From NCBI GenBank assembly GCA_964445765.1, contig CAYULD010000001.1:516537-580536 (forward strand): a stretch of DNA of 64,000 nt, in the 5' to 3' direction. Below, piece by piece: positions 31,817 through 42,371 of the stretch (positions within the stretch are counted from its first letter, which is position 1; each line of letters opens with the position of its first letter). This DNA is from an uncultured Rickettsiales bacterium (GTDB lineage: Bacteria; Pseudomonadota; Alphaproteobacteria; Rickettsiales; UBA8987). The position numbers and the translations under genes are program-made. Below the pieces are notes generated by a model. The model was given only the letters and a program-made list of their open reading frames with translations. It was not told the DNA's origin and did not search any database.

Positions 31817-33667
31817 TTAGCGAAAGAAATTATAAATTTTTTCCGCTAGGCTATGGCTTATTCCTTCAACTTTTTTTAATTCTTCTATATCTGCATTTTC
31901 AATAGATTTTACTGAGCCAAAATATTGTAATAAAGCTTTTTTGCGTTTTGAGCCAATATCTTCAATTTCATCAAGTTTTGAGGAAACCAGAGATTTTTTT
32001 CGTTTATTGCGATGTGAAGTTATTGCAAATCTATGAGCTTCATCACGAAGATTTTGTAAAAAATATAATTCAGCAGAATTTTTTTCAAGGCGAAAACTTT
32101 CACGATTTTGCATAAAAAATTCTTCATTTCCAGCGTTTCTATCTTCACCTTTTGCAATTCCAACGATGGTTGTTTTATCAAGCAAATTAAGCTCTTTCAT
32201 TGCATCAATTACAACTGAAAGCTGCCCAGCACCGCCATCAATTAAAATTAAATCAGGCATTTCTGAAATTGCATCTTCTGAGTTAATTTCAACCTTGCTA
32301 TATCTTTTATAAATGGCTTGTTTCATCATATAAAAATCATCACCACCGCTTTTTTTTTCACCCGCATCAACATTATATCTGCGATAGAATTTTTTAAGAA
32401 AGCCCCACTTGTTTTCTTCATCAAAACCCGCTGAAATTATTGCACCAACTGGGCTTTTACCAAATAGGTGCGAATTATCAAAAACATCAATTCTGCGAAT
32501 ATTATTTTTAATTCCGAAAATATTTTGAATTTTTTGTAGAACTGAAATTGCGTTTTCTTCCTCTGCGAGCTTTTTATCAAGTGCAATTTCTGCATTTTTA
32601 AGAGCCATATCTAATAGGGCTTTTTTCTCGCCTTTTTGCGGAGAGATTATTTCAGTTTTAACATTACCTAATTCCTCTAATGCGGTTTCTAAAACCTCCT
32701 TATTTTCAAGGTTTTCAGATATTATAATTTGCTTTGGAACTGGCTTTGCATCATAAAAATTTGTAATAAAAAACTCTAAAATTTCTGCTGGCGATAAATC
32801 CTCAACATTCTTAGGAAAATATTCCGTATTGCCAAGAATATAGCTATTTCTAATAAAGAAAACTTGAATAACAGCATAATTTCCTTTCGCAAAAATTGCG
32901 ATAATATCTGCCTCATCAATAGTTTTGCAATTTATTGGTTGCCTAGATTGTATTGAAGATAGTGCGTTAATTCTATTGCGGTAAAATATTGCTTTTTCAA
33001 ACTCTAGATTATCACTAGCTTCCATCATTTTTGTTTGAATTTCAGCTTTAACCTCATCAGATTTTCCCGATAAAAAATCTTTCACTTGCTTAATAGAAAG
33101 CTGATATTCTGGCTCAGAAATCTTGCCAACGCAGGGTGCGGAGCATCTTTTAATTTCATATTCAATGCAAGGCCTTTTACGATTCTTAAAATAATTATCA
33201 TCACAAGGGCGAACTAAAAAAACTTTTTGCAATGCTTTAATTGCCTGATTAACCGCCCAAACTGTCGGGTAAGGGCCAAAATAATTAACACCCTTATTTT
33301 TCTGCCCACGATATTTATAAATTCGTGGAAATTTATTATAATTATCTATTGCGATATAAGGAAAACTCTTATCATCACGCAATAAAATATTAAAAGGTGG
33401 CTTGTTATGCTTTATTAAATGTGCTTCTAAAATTAGCGCCTGAGATTCCGTTGTGGTAATTGTAAACTCAACCCTTTGCACTTGAAAAACCATTCTTGCG
33501 ATACGAGTTGTAAGCTGGTTTATATTGGTATAATTAGTAACTCTATTTTTTAGATTTTTAGCTTTGCCAATGTATAAAATTTTATCATTTTCGCCAATCA
33601 TTCTATAAACGCCACTAACCTCTGGCATAGTTTTTAAGGCTTCTTTGATATTTTCCACCCCTTTCAT
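31817..33667 (-). CDS. uvrC: Excinuclease ABC subunit C
   Basis: GIY-YIG motif (GVYRMIGENDKILYIGKAKNLKNRV), a UVR domain, and a C-terminal (HhH)2. Confidence 0.95.
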   Translation of the reverse strand: MKGVENIKEALKTMPEVSGVYRMIGENDKILYIGKAKNLKNRVTNYTNINQLTTRIARMVFQVQRVEFTITTTESQALILEAHLIKHNKPPFNILLRDDKSFPYIAIDNYNKFPRIYKYRGQKNKGVNYFGPYPTVWAVNQAIKALQKVFLVRPCDDNYFKNRKRPCIEYEIKRCSAPCVGKISEPEYQLSIKQVKDFLSGKSDEVKAEIQTKMMEASDNLEFEKAIFYRNRINALSSIQSRQPINCKTIDEADIIAIFAKGNYAVIQVFFIRNSYILGNTEYFPKNVEDLSPAEILEFFITNFYDAKPVPKQIIISENLENKEVLETALEELGNVKTEIISPQKGEKKALLDMALKNAEIALDKKLAEEENAISVLQKIQNIFGIKNNIRRIDVFDNSHLFGKSPVGAIISAGFDEENKWGFLKKFYRRYNVDAGEKKSGGDDFYMMKQAIYKRYSKVEINSEDAISEMPDLILIDGGAGQLSVVIDAMKELNLLDKTTIVGIAKGEDRNAGNEEFFMQNRESFRLEKNSAELYFLQNLRDEAHRFAITSHRNKRKKSLVSSKLDEIEDIGSKRKKALLQYFGSVKSIENADIEELKKVEGISHSLAEKIYNFFR

Positions 33668-33676
33668 TTATGCTGA

Positions 33677-35593
33677 TTATATAGGGTTTAGCTTGGTTAG
33701 TTTGCCCTCATCGCTTGGCTGTTTATTAATAATTTTCTCTTCAATTTCTGTGAAAATTTTAACAAATTCTTCTTTTAATATGGGCAAATCATTTTCATCC
33801 TTTAAGTAAATGGCACTATCTAATTTACTTGCTAACCTTGAAAAGAGGGATTTATCTAGGTTAAATTCTCTCGCCAATTTTTGAGCAATTAAAGTTGCAG
33901 TGGCTTTATCTGTAACATCAGAAATTGCGGTGCTTATTTCAATAATTTTTTGCCTTAATTCTTTTACATTACTTGCGGATAAAATTAAATCTTTGAATGA
34001 TGCTTTCAAAATTGATTGCCTATGAGCAGGTTTGTATGATTGAAATTCTTCATCAATAATTTTCCTACTGGCGAGGGTTGCTTCTGCAATTTTTGATTCT
34101 AGATTTTCTGAAATTTTAACCTGCGAACCCCTGCTATTTAGCTTACTACTTAACTTTGAAACCTTGTTATATAAAATAATTATCACAATAATTAATATCA
34201 AAATTATGATTGAAGTGTGATTTGGTGAGCTAAATATTTTTGCAATCTCTGATTTTTTAGAATTTTTATCAGATTGTAAATCTTCATTTTCTTTCACTAA
34301 GTTATTTCCTGCTAGAATTGTTGAGGAGCTTGCTTCTTCAACTTCAATGTTTCTTGCTGGAATAATAGTATAATTTAATTTATTATTTTTAATATCCCAA
34401 TAATTAACTCGCACTTCTGGAATTTGAATATTGCCAGCCTTTTGAGGAATAAGCGTTATAAGCTGGGTTTTTATGCCCTTAATGCTTTCAGCATAACTTT
34501 CTGCATCTGTAATTGCTTCGGTTTTAATTTCTGGTTTATCAGAATATACTTTGAAAGAATCAGTTGGAATATATTTTTCAATATTAGGCAATAAATCTCC
34601 CGGTTTGCCTTGTGCAACCATACTTATTTTTAGGTTTATAGGCTCACCCATTTTTACTTTTAATTGCTGATTATTTTGTGCGTTTTTATCATCAATAATT
34701 TCACTGCTTAATTTAAGATCATATAAAGCAAGCCAAGGCTCAACCCCAGAAATTGGAGGCTTTACATCTAATATAATTTTATCACTTGCAATACTGAACG
34801 GAATTTTTTTCTCAATTATTGAAATGCCTGAATCCAGCATTGAGAAGGGGTCAAAGAAATTATCAAAAGCTGTTCTTGGCCTTTCTTGTTTAGATTCTTT
34901 TACCGCAGAACCATTTAATACTGCTGGCTCTATGATAACATTTCCAGCGGTGATTGGGTTTATTACATAATCAATAGTTAAAACATCATAAGTAATATTT
35001 TCTATTGTTTCTTTAGTTTGTTGAGGCTGTGAAAGCTGCTCTATGGTTGCATTTTCCGAGGTAGGCTTAACAATATCAGCTTGTTCAACTGGGGTGTTAT
35101 ACATTATTTTTAGGCGATATAATATCGGCTGTTCTTGAAAAGGTGATTTATTATCAACCGTTGCGGAAACTGAAATATCATTGCTTTCTATTTTGTCTGG
35201 AAGCTCAGTAGATGGCTTAATTAGTATCTTAAAAGGCTTGGAAGAGATTGTGCCTTTATCCGTTTTGATTGAAATAGCTGGAATTATAAAGCCACCTTCC
35301 TTAACAGCACTTAAATCATAAACCCAAGAGGTAACTTTTGTTGATACATTATTAACAATTTCCATTAGGCTTTCTTGAGATTTTCCTTTGATTGCAATTT
35401 CCGCAGGAATAACAGAAATATCAGGTTGAGAGAATGCTTCAGCGTTTATAAGCTCTAATTTCATTTGAAAATTTTGCCCTGCTGAAATATCGCTTCTATC
35501 AAGATAGGCAGAAAATATAGCTTGTGAGGCATTTGCATTTACAAATGAAAATAAAATTAAAATCGCAATAAAAATTTTACTAAGATATTTCAT
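33677..35593 (-). CDS. BatD-like protein (oxygen-tolerance family)
   Basis: 638 aa with a signal peptide, a long beta-rich ectodomain and a single late TM (TSIIILILIIVIIILY). It is the last gene of the Bat-type cluster. Confidence 0.6.
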   Translation of the reverse strand: MKYLSKIFIAILILFSFVNANASQAIFSAYLDRSDISAGQNFQMKLELINAEAFSQPDISVIPAEIAIKGKSQESLMEIVNNVSTKVTSWVYDLSAVKEGGFIIPAISIKTDKGTISSKPFKILIKPSTELPDKIESNDISVSATVDNKSPFQEQPILYRLKIMYNTPVEQADIVKPTSENATIEQLSQPQQTKETIENITYDVLTIDYVINPITAGNVIIEPAVLNGSAVKESKQERPRTAFDNFFDPFSMLDSGISIIEKKIPFSIASDKIILDVKPPISGVEPWLALYDLKLSSEIIDDKNAQNNQQLKVKMGEPINLKISMVAQGKPGDLLPNIEKYIPTDSFKVYSDKPEIKTEAITDAESYAESIKGIKTQLITLIPQKAGNIQIPEVRVNYWDIKNNKLNYTIIPARNIEVEEASSSTILAGNNLVKENEDLQSDKNSKKSEIAKIFSSPNHTSIIILILIIVIIILYNKVSKLSSKLNSRGSQVKISENLESKIAEATLASRKIIDEEFQSYKPAHRQSILKASFKDLILSASNVKELRQKIIEISTAISDVTDKATATLIAQKLAREFNLDKSLFSRLASKLDSAIYLKDENDLPILKEEFVKIFTEIEEKIINKQPSDEGKLTKLNPI

Positions 35594-35599
35594 ATTCTA

Positions 35600-37366
35600 T
35601 TACCAAGGCTTTGGTGGTTTTGTTTTATTATTTTTATGCTCCATATAAATTCTATTTTTTAGAATTTGAGATGGATCACCCGATATTTTTTGAAATAATT
35701 TCTCTGCCTCCATCTTTAATGCATTACTAACTTTTTGAGAAGTATTTTGTTGCTCTAAATTTTTATCTTTACCACCAAAAATTTTTTCTAACTCTTGATC
35801 AATAATTGAATTATTTTTTTCACTTTCTTGCTCTGTTTCTGTTTGCTCTTCATTTTTTTCTACACTTGTATTGCCAGATAGTTGATTTTCTAAATCTTGT
35901 GCTTTTTTAATTCTGGATTGATTAATTTCTTGTTGTTGCAAAATTTTTTCTGCAATTTCTAAGTTTTCTTTAGCATTTTTATGGTTTGGATTTACCTGCA
36001 AAAATTTTTTATAATTTTCTATCGCTTCACTTGCTTTAAGTTGTTTTAACTGAGCATTTGCAAGATTATAATAAGCATTATTATTAAAATCTTTTGCTTT
36101 ATTAAAATAATTTTCTGCTTCAAAAAAACTTCTTTGTTTATAAGCGGCAACGCCCTTGTTATAATCATCAGAAAACAATTCCTTAGCCTCAGCATATTTG
36201 CCTGTTTTGAAACGATTATAAGCAATTTGATCACGATTTTTGAAGAAATCCCAACTGAAAATATTTTCAAATTTTAACTCATCATAAATTGGTTCATCAG
36301 ATTTTTTATCTTCCGCAACTGCAAAATTTGGCAGCAAAATAAATAAAATTATTACTGGAAAACTCGCCCCTTTTCTAAAATAAAAACTTAAGATAATTAA
36401 TGCAATTACAAGCGGAATATAAAATCTATCATTCCAAACCCTTAAAGATTTGTACTTTGCTTCTTGTTTTATAACTTCATTATCAATAAAAGATTTGAGT
36501 TTTTTGACATCATCTTCAAGATAATTTGCCTTGATAAAATTTTCTTCACCTGAGATTTCAAATAAATTTTCTGGATTAATTTTACTTATAATAAGTTTGC
36601 CGTTTTCTCTAATTAAATTGCCCTTTTCATCATTAATCGGGGAGCCTTCAATAGTGCCAAAACCATAAGAAACTATATTTGTGTTTTGCTTAATTTCTTC
36701 AAGTTTTTTGCTATCAATTTTTTCAGAAAATTCACCATCAGACATTAAAATAATATAATTAACGCCATTTTTATATTTTGCTAAAATATTATTTGCAACA
36801 TCAAGCCCAGCTTTAATATTACTGCCTTGAATAGGCATAATTTGCGTATTAAGAACGCCCGCATAATAATTTATAATTTTTGCATCATCAGTAAGTGGTG
36901 CAATAACTGAGGCATTATGAGCAAACGCAACAATTGCATAATTTACAGAATTTATATTTTCAGTAATGTCATTAATTTCCTGCTTCACTCTGTTTAACCT
37001 TGAAGGCCTTTCATCATTTGCATTCATTGAGCTAGAAACATCAACCAAAAAAACAATATTCACATCAGGGCGAAAGGCTTCAATATCAATATAATCCCAC
37101 CTTGGGTTTGCGATAGCAATTACCAAAAAAAGCCAAGCAAGCGATATAAAAAAAGTGTTTAGAACCAGCTTAAATTTTGCATCACCCTTTGAAAGTAAAT
37201 GCTTAATTAGTTTTGTATCAATAAATTTTTTGAGTTTTATTAATGAAAAAGAAAGCCTTCTACCCGGAAAGAACTCAAATAATATAAATAGAAAACATAG
37301 TGCTATAAGCCACAGAAAATCTGGCTTTTCAAAGTGAAAATTAATATGAAAAATTTTTTCTAACAT
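35600..37366 (-). CDS. VWA-domain protein fused to TPR repeats (BatB/BatC-like)
   Basis: N-terminal TMs, MIDAS motif VFLVDVSSSMNANDERPSRL, and later TPR units (YYNLANAQLKQLKASEAIENYKKFLQVNPNHKNA). Confidence 0.7.
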   Translation of the reverse strand: MLEKIFHINFHFEKPDFLWLIALCFLFILFEFFPGRRLSFSLIKLKKFIDTKLIKHLLSKGDAKFKLVLNTFFISLAWLFLVIAIANPRWDYIDIEAFRPDVNIVFLVDVSSSMNANDERPSRLNRVKQEINDITENINSVNYAIVAFAHNASVIAPLTDDAKIINYYAGVLNTQIMPIQGSNIKAGLDVANNILAKYKNGVNYIILMSDGEFSEKIDSKKLEEIKQNTNIVSYGFGTIEGSPINDEKGNLIRENGKLIISKINPENLFEISGEENFIKANYLEDDVKKLKSFIDNEVIKQEAKYKSLRVWNDRFYIPLVIALIILSFYFRKGASFPVIILFILLPNFAVAEDKKSDEPIYDELKFENIFSWDFFKNRDQIAYNRFKTGKYAEAKELFSDDYNKGVAAYKQRSFFEAENYFNKAKDFNNNAYYNLANAQLKQLKASEAIENYKKFLQVNPNHKNAKENLEIAEKILQQQEINQSRIKKAQDLENQLSGNTSVEKNEEQTETEQESEKNNSIIDQELEKIFGGKDKNLEQQNTSQKVSNALKMEAEKLFQKISGDPSQILKNRIYMEHKNNKTKPPKPW

Positions 37367-37379
37367 TGTTTAACTAAGC

Positions 37380-38384
37380 CTAATCACTAAAAAACTTACG
37401 CCATTTATAATTATATAAAATTCTAATTAACATAATTAACATAGCGAGAGTTAATGGATAAATATATAGCTGATCACGAATAATTATTTCACGATTTTCA
37501 GATTTTGATTTTTCCATATCATTAATTTTCTTATAAATTTTTTCAAGCCCAACCCTATCAGATGCCTTGCTTGCAGTGCCATTTGTAAGCCTAGAAATTT
37601 CATTTAGTAAATCTTCATCAACTTCCATTTTAGCATAAATTATATCACCATCTGGGGTTTTCATTGGCACGACACCTGATTTTCCAACTGCAATAGTATG
37701 AATTTTGATATTAAAATTTTTTGCTAAATTGCTTGCTTCTATTGGGTCTATGATGCCTGCTGTGTTTGCACCATCAGTTATTAAAATCAAAACCCTTGAT
37801 TTACTTGGCCTTGTGGAAAGAGTTTTAACCGCTAGGGCTATTGTATCCCCAATAGCGGTTGCATCACCTGCAATACCGATATTAACTAAATCTATCATCT
37901 CTGAAACGGCGTCATAATCAAAAGTTAAAGGTGCTTGCAGATAGGCATTTTGCCCAAATATTATAAGACCAATTCTATCACCCGCACGATTTTTTATAAA
38001 TTCTTTGGCAACTTTTTTAACAATATCTAGGCGGTTTTGTCCAAATTTTTCAGCCATATCATTCGCTGACATTGATTTGGAAATATCAATTGCAAGCAGA
38101 ATATCATAACCTTCTGTTTTTGTTTTAGTGATTTTTGTTGAAAATTGCGGGTGCATTAAAGCAATTACAGCCAAGCACCAAATTATATATAATACTATAT
38201 TAAATTTACCTGCATTAGCTGAAAAACTGCCTTTTTTACCAAAAGATTTTATAAACCATTTTATATTGGGGTTATTGATTGTTGGCAAATTACCGCCATT
38301 TTTCTCATCAGATGAAAATAAAAAATAAATCACCGCTGGTAATATCAGCAATATTGCCACAAATGGATGCTCAAATTGAAACAT
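37380..38384 (-). CDS. VWA-domain membrane protein (BatA-like)
   Basis: N-terminal TMs, MIDAS motif ILLAIDISKSMSANDM, ILITDGANTAG, and a C-terminal TM. Confidence 0.75.
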   Translation of the reverse strand: MFQFEHPFVAILLILPAVIYFLFSSDEKNGGNLPTINNPNIKWFIKSFGKKGSFSANAGKFNIVLYIIWCLAVIALMHPQFSTKITKTKTEGYDILLAIDISKSMSANDMAEKFGQNRLDIVKKVAKEFIKNRAGDRIGLIIFGQNAYLQAPLTFDYDAVSEMIDLVNIGIAGDATAIGDTIALAVKTLSTRPSKSRVLILITDGANTAGIIDPIEASNLAKNFNIKIHTIAVGKSGVVPMKTPDGDIIYAKMEVDEDLLNEISRLTNGTASKASDRVGLEKIYKKINDMEKSKSENREIIIRDQLYIYPLTLAMLIMLIRILYNYKWRKFFSD

Positions 38385-38689
38385 ATAAAATTAAAAATAT
38401 TACTGACGGATTTTTTATAGCACTTCAAAAAGCTATAAATATTTTTTAGACTATATTAGTAAAACTTTAGAACTATCAAGAATATTTTTGAAAAGAGATA
38501 CATTTATAAAAGCATAAATATGAGCTTCAAATATTGCGACAAGGCACTTGATGAATTGTATTGGATTGCGTTAAAATATTTTAATCACTCTAATATTTTT
38601 TGCGTTTTTGCTGGCTCAAAATTAGAAATATAACCTTTGATGGTCTTGCGGTAAAATTTTATTATCAATCAATTTTAAGGTTATTTTCT

Positions 38690-38773
38690 TGGTTGCGGGG
38701 GCTGGATTCAAACCACTGAAGCCAAACAAAATAATAAAATTATTTTGTAGCTAAAGCCTTCAGGTTATGAGCC
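38690..38773 (-). pseudogene. tRNA-fMet 3'-half remnant (duplicate of 40656-40702)
   Basis: 38690-38715 matches 40656-40681 at 25 of 26 positions (acceptor 3' strand plus T arm). 38757-38773 is identical to 40686-40702 (anticodon arm with CAT). A 41-nt hairpin filler replaces 4 nt, and no matching 5' half is present. Confidence 0.65.
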
Positions 38774-39004
38774 TTGAAAAGCTAAAAGCCAGCAACTTAC
38801 CACAACAGATAATAAGGCTATAATTCAATTGGTTATATGATTTTTATTGTTTTTACTTATTCTCAATTATTGTCATTTTTTAACCTCAATTGTCCCAAAA
38901 GTGTCCCAAGAAAATTTTAATTTCTTAATCTTTTATTAACCATATGTGTATATATTAACTTTCAATATGAGGTAAAATTTACTAAACCTAATAGTGTGCT
39001 AAAA

Positions 39005-40327
39005 ATGAAAGAAAATGATTATTTGCCAGAATATAATCTTGTTGTAAGAGCTTACAGAGAAATAAAAGAGCATTTTGGCGAAGCAAAGGACAATTATTTT
39101 AGTTATTTACTGCCAGTAAGCTATGCTTCTGATTCTGGCGAACAAGTTCCTATTGGAGTGAATGAATTCCAAGGTATTAGTCAGATAGGAAGCTATAAAT
39201 TATTTGGAGCTTTCGTAAAAATTTGTGAAGCAAACCGAAACAAAAAGAATGGAGAGCAAAAAATTAACGTTGCTGCTAGTGCTGGAAACCACGCCCAAGG
39301 TGTTGCTCTTGCTTGTAATAAACTTGGGCTTCAAGGTGTTATATTTATGCCAGAAGCAACACCAATTATCAAAATAATAGGAACTTTAAGACACGGCGGC
39401 GAAAATGTAACAGAGCTTGAAAAGCTAGAAGACCAAGGTGCAACGGCAGAAAAAATAAAACAATATTGTAATGATAATTTTGATAAATTTAAAAATGTTA
39501 AAGTTAGAATTACAGGTAAAAACTTTGACGAAGCTTCAGCAGCAGCTAAAGAATTTGCATCTTCACCAGATAAAGAATTTATTCCGCCATTTGATAGCAA
39601 ATATGTAATAGCCGCAGCTGGCACATGGGGTCTAAATATAATAGAGAAACTTTTGCAGTATAACTATAATTCACCAAATTATGAGAAGCAAGAAGATTTT
39701 ACTACTCTTGATGACCTTATGAAAAAACACCCACTTGATTGGGACGATGTAGTAAAAAATAAGATAAGCCAATTATATGGCGAAGGCGGAAAGGATTTAT
39801 CTCTAAGCTTGCCAGTAGGTGGTGGCGGTCTTGCTGCTGGTGTTTCATTAGTAATAAGAAAATTAGCCCCTAAGGCGGAGCTTATTGCTGTTTCACTAGA
39901 AGGAACACCAAGCTTACCAGAATCAATTATCAAAGATGAAGTTGTTAAAACACCTCCTGTGCCATTATTATATAAAGATGGTTCAATTATTCCAGGCGGA
40001 ACAAAAGTGGCAAGAATAGGTGATACAACTTTTGAAGTTATAAAAAGAAATTTTGATAAAGTAGTTACTGTAGGACATGATGCTTTTTTTGCAGCTACAG
40101 CAAATAATCTTGTTAATCGTGAATCAATGAGTGAACCTCAAGCAGGAGCAACCCAAGTTGCCTCAGCTAATATAGGCTCAAGACCAGTTAGAATATCTTT
40201 CAAGAGTGGTGAAAATTTATCAGATAGGGAGATAGAAATAATTACAAAAAATTATCCCGCCCCCAGAGTTCAAGATGTTGTAAGGCAAGGAGCCATCATT
40301 GAAACTGTAATCTTAAAACAATTTTGA
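39005..40327 (+). CDS. Divergent PLP-dependent threonine/serine dehydratase-like enzyme (tryptophan synthase beta superfamily)
   Basis: Contains GSYKLFGA (compare SFKxRGA with the PLP lysine), ASAGNHAQGVALACNKLGLQGVIFMPEATP, and the glycine loop LPVGGGGLAAGVS. It carries long insertions and shows no obvious ACT domain. ATG at 39005 is preferred over GTG at 38996. Confidence 0.6.
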   Translation: MKENDYLPEYNLVVRAYREIKEHFGEAKDNYFSYLLPVSYASDSGEQVPIGVNEFQGISQIGSYKLFGAFVKICEANRNKKNGEQKINVAASAGNHAQGVALACNKLGLQGVIFMPEATPIIKIIGTLRHGGENVTELEKLEDQGATAEKIKQYCNDNFDKFKNVKVRITGKNFDEASAAAKEFASSPDKEFIPPFDSKYVIAAAGTWGLNIIEKLLQYNYNSPNYEKQEDFTTLDDLMKKHPLDWDDVVKNKISQLYGEGGKDLSLSLPVGGGGLAAGVSLVIRKLAPKAELIAVSLEGTPSLPESIIKDEVVKTPPVPLLYKDGSIIPGGTKVARIGDTTFEVIKRNFDKVVTVGHDAFFAATANNLVNRESMSEPQAGATQVASANIGSRPVRISFKSGENLSDREIEIITKNYPAPRVQDVVRQGAIIETVILKQF

Positions 40328-40655
40328 TAGGTTTTGATATATTAGTTAAACTTTAGACTATACTTGTAATAGCTTTTTTAACCCATAAAATAAAGAATTA
40401 TCAGTCTTATTAAGTCTCTTATTTGATTTCTAAACCTACTTTATACCCTAAGCCCAAACCTACTAAATAGCTCATTATCAAACTTTTCATCATATTCATC
40501 TATTTTTCAATTAACTTATTGTATTTACTCCAACGCATATATTTTGGTTTTCTGAAGTATTTATCTTCACCACCCAGCCTAACTAAGAATGTCCCAAAAT
40601 TGTCCCTTTTTGTAGGTTCGAGTTTATGCAAAATTGGTAAAAGCGGCTGTTTAGT

Positions 40656-40732
<77 letters not shown>

Positions 40733-40978
40733 ATAAGGTAATTTAAGAATATTTTTAAGAATTAAAAATATGTTTTTATATATCGTAAGGCTTATTACAC
40801 CAAATATTTGCTTAATCAAGAATAAAATAATTGCAATTGTTGGCTAAGATTAAAAGAAAATTCAATTCTAACCAAAGTGAATTACAAAAAAGTAGCAAAA
40901 AACAAATATTACCATGTCAGTTCAGCTTAAGCAATAATATAAAAACATAAACTAATAACTAAAAGCTAATATTATCAA

Positions 40979-41464
40979 TCATTTAAGCCAGTCAATAAAG
41001 GCATTGGCAATAATTTCTAAATCTTTCTTTTGTAAAGAAATTTTATCATCAGGCATATAAGGATATAAAATTAAAATTTTGCCCTTTTTTGCCCAGTTAA
41101 AATTTTTGGGATCCCTCGCACTTAGCCATTTTAGCCAATTTTCACCCTCAAGAGAGGCAACTTCATTTCTGCCATAAATTTGAATACCAACCCTTTTTAT
41201 CAACTCATTGAGTTCACCAATAATTTTTTTAGCATTATTTTCTTGAAAATTATTAAGCAGATTTTCAACCTCTTGCTTAATAGAAAATCGCCAACTTTTG
41301 CGATATTGAGCTTTCTTATATTCAGATAAAAAAACTATTGCTAAAATTAGAATAATAAAAAAGCCTAAAAACCACCAACCTATTGCTAGTGGAAAAGTAG
41401 AAACTTCTGTAATGCTCTCCACATCTTTCATTCTATTAAGTAAAATTTGCTGTAAATCTTCCAT
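40979..41464 (-). CDS. DUF4381-like membrane protein
   Basis: 161 aa with PLAIGWWFLGFFIILILAIVFL followed by a basic stretch, and later GENWLKWLS. It sits at the usual DUF4381 position after DUF58. Confidence 0.55.
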   Translation of the reverse strand: MEDLQQILLNRMKDVESITEVSTFPLAIGWWFLGFFIILILAIVFLSEYKKAQYRKSWRFSIKQEVENLLNNFQENNAKKIIGELNELIKRVGIQIYGRNEVASLEGENWLKWLSARDPKNFNWAKKGKILILYPYMPDDKISLQKKDLEIIANAFIDWLK

Positions 41465-41472
41465 CGTAAAAA

Positions 41473-42354
41473 TTATTTTTTTAACCCTGAAAGTAAGTTC
41501 TTAAATTCATCTTCTTTCGTATTGATATTTATCAGTTTTGTTGAAAATTTATAAGAAATTTTTTTAAGCAATTCTTGCTTGTGATTGAAATTTTTGAGGT
41601 AATTTTTCATACCCTTTTTATCGCTTGTGTTGAGAATATAACTTCTAAAACCGTATTTTAGAACAATTTTACCTACATCAGGAATGTAAAAATCACTATC
41701 ATCTATTATATTAATGAAAACTTTTTGAGTTTTAGCACCAAGTAAAAATATATTTTTTTCAAATACTTCACTGATATTTCTAAAGTCAGATATTAAAAAT
41801 AAAATATCTGGTTTTATGCCCATTCTTCTAAGGTTAAAAACTGCACCTTCAATGGAGTAACTTTGATCAAAATTATCTTTACTACATAAAATTTTTAACG
41901 CGCGATAAATATTAAATTTATGAGAAGATGGCTTAAGATAAGTAAATCTATTTTGCTGATTGCCAAAAATATAAAAACCAACTTTATCTTTTTTATTATT
42001 AGCAACAAAACTTAAAATAGCTGCAACTCTAGCGGCAACAATATTCTTAAAAGTTCCCCTAGTGCCGAAATTCATATAATCATTTTTATCAATCGCAATA
42101 ACTACATTTCTTTGCTTTTCTTCAGTGAATAACTTTAGATATAAATCATCAAGTTTAGCAGAAACCCGCCAATCTATTTTGCGAATATCATCACCAATAT
42201 TATAATTTCTTACCTCTTCAAATTCCATCCCCTGCCCTTTGAAACTTGAATTATAAGCCCCTGAAAAATTATATGGCTTATTTTTTGAGCCAAATTTTAT
42301 AAATTTTGCAAGCCCTTCAAGTTTTATAAGCTGTTTGAAATTTGGATATAACAC
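41473..42354 (-). CDS. DUF58 protein (MoxR-associated)
   Basis: Contains EFEEVRNYNIGDDIRKIDWRVSAKLDDLYLKLFTEEK, directly downstream of moxR. Confidence 0.75.
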   Translation of the reverse strand: MLYPNFKQLIKLEGLAKFIKFGSKNKPYNFSGAYNSSFKGQGMEFEEVRNYNIGDDIRKIDWRVSAKLDDLYLKLFTEEKQRNVVIAIDKNDYMNFGTRGTFKNIVAARVAAILSFVANNKKDKVGFYIFGNQQNRFTYLKPSSHKFNIYRALKILCSKDNFDQSYSIEGAVFNLRRMGIKPDILFLISDFRNISEVFEKNIFLLGAKTQKVFINIIDDSDFYIPDVGKIVLKYGFRSYILNTSDKKGMKNYLKNFNHKQELLKKISYKFSTKLININTKEDEFKNLLSGLKK

Positions 42355-42371
42355 ATCTTAAAAATTTAGGT

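Noticed and set aside
38716-38756. The tRNA-like remnant considered as a functional class-II tRNA with a long variable arm, or as a tmRNA piece
   Set aside because: No 5' acceptor strand complementary to CCCCCGC exists upstream. The 5' half does not form D or anticodon stems. The match is specifically to tRNA-fMet, not to an alanine-type tmRNA acceptor.
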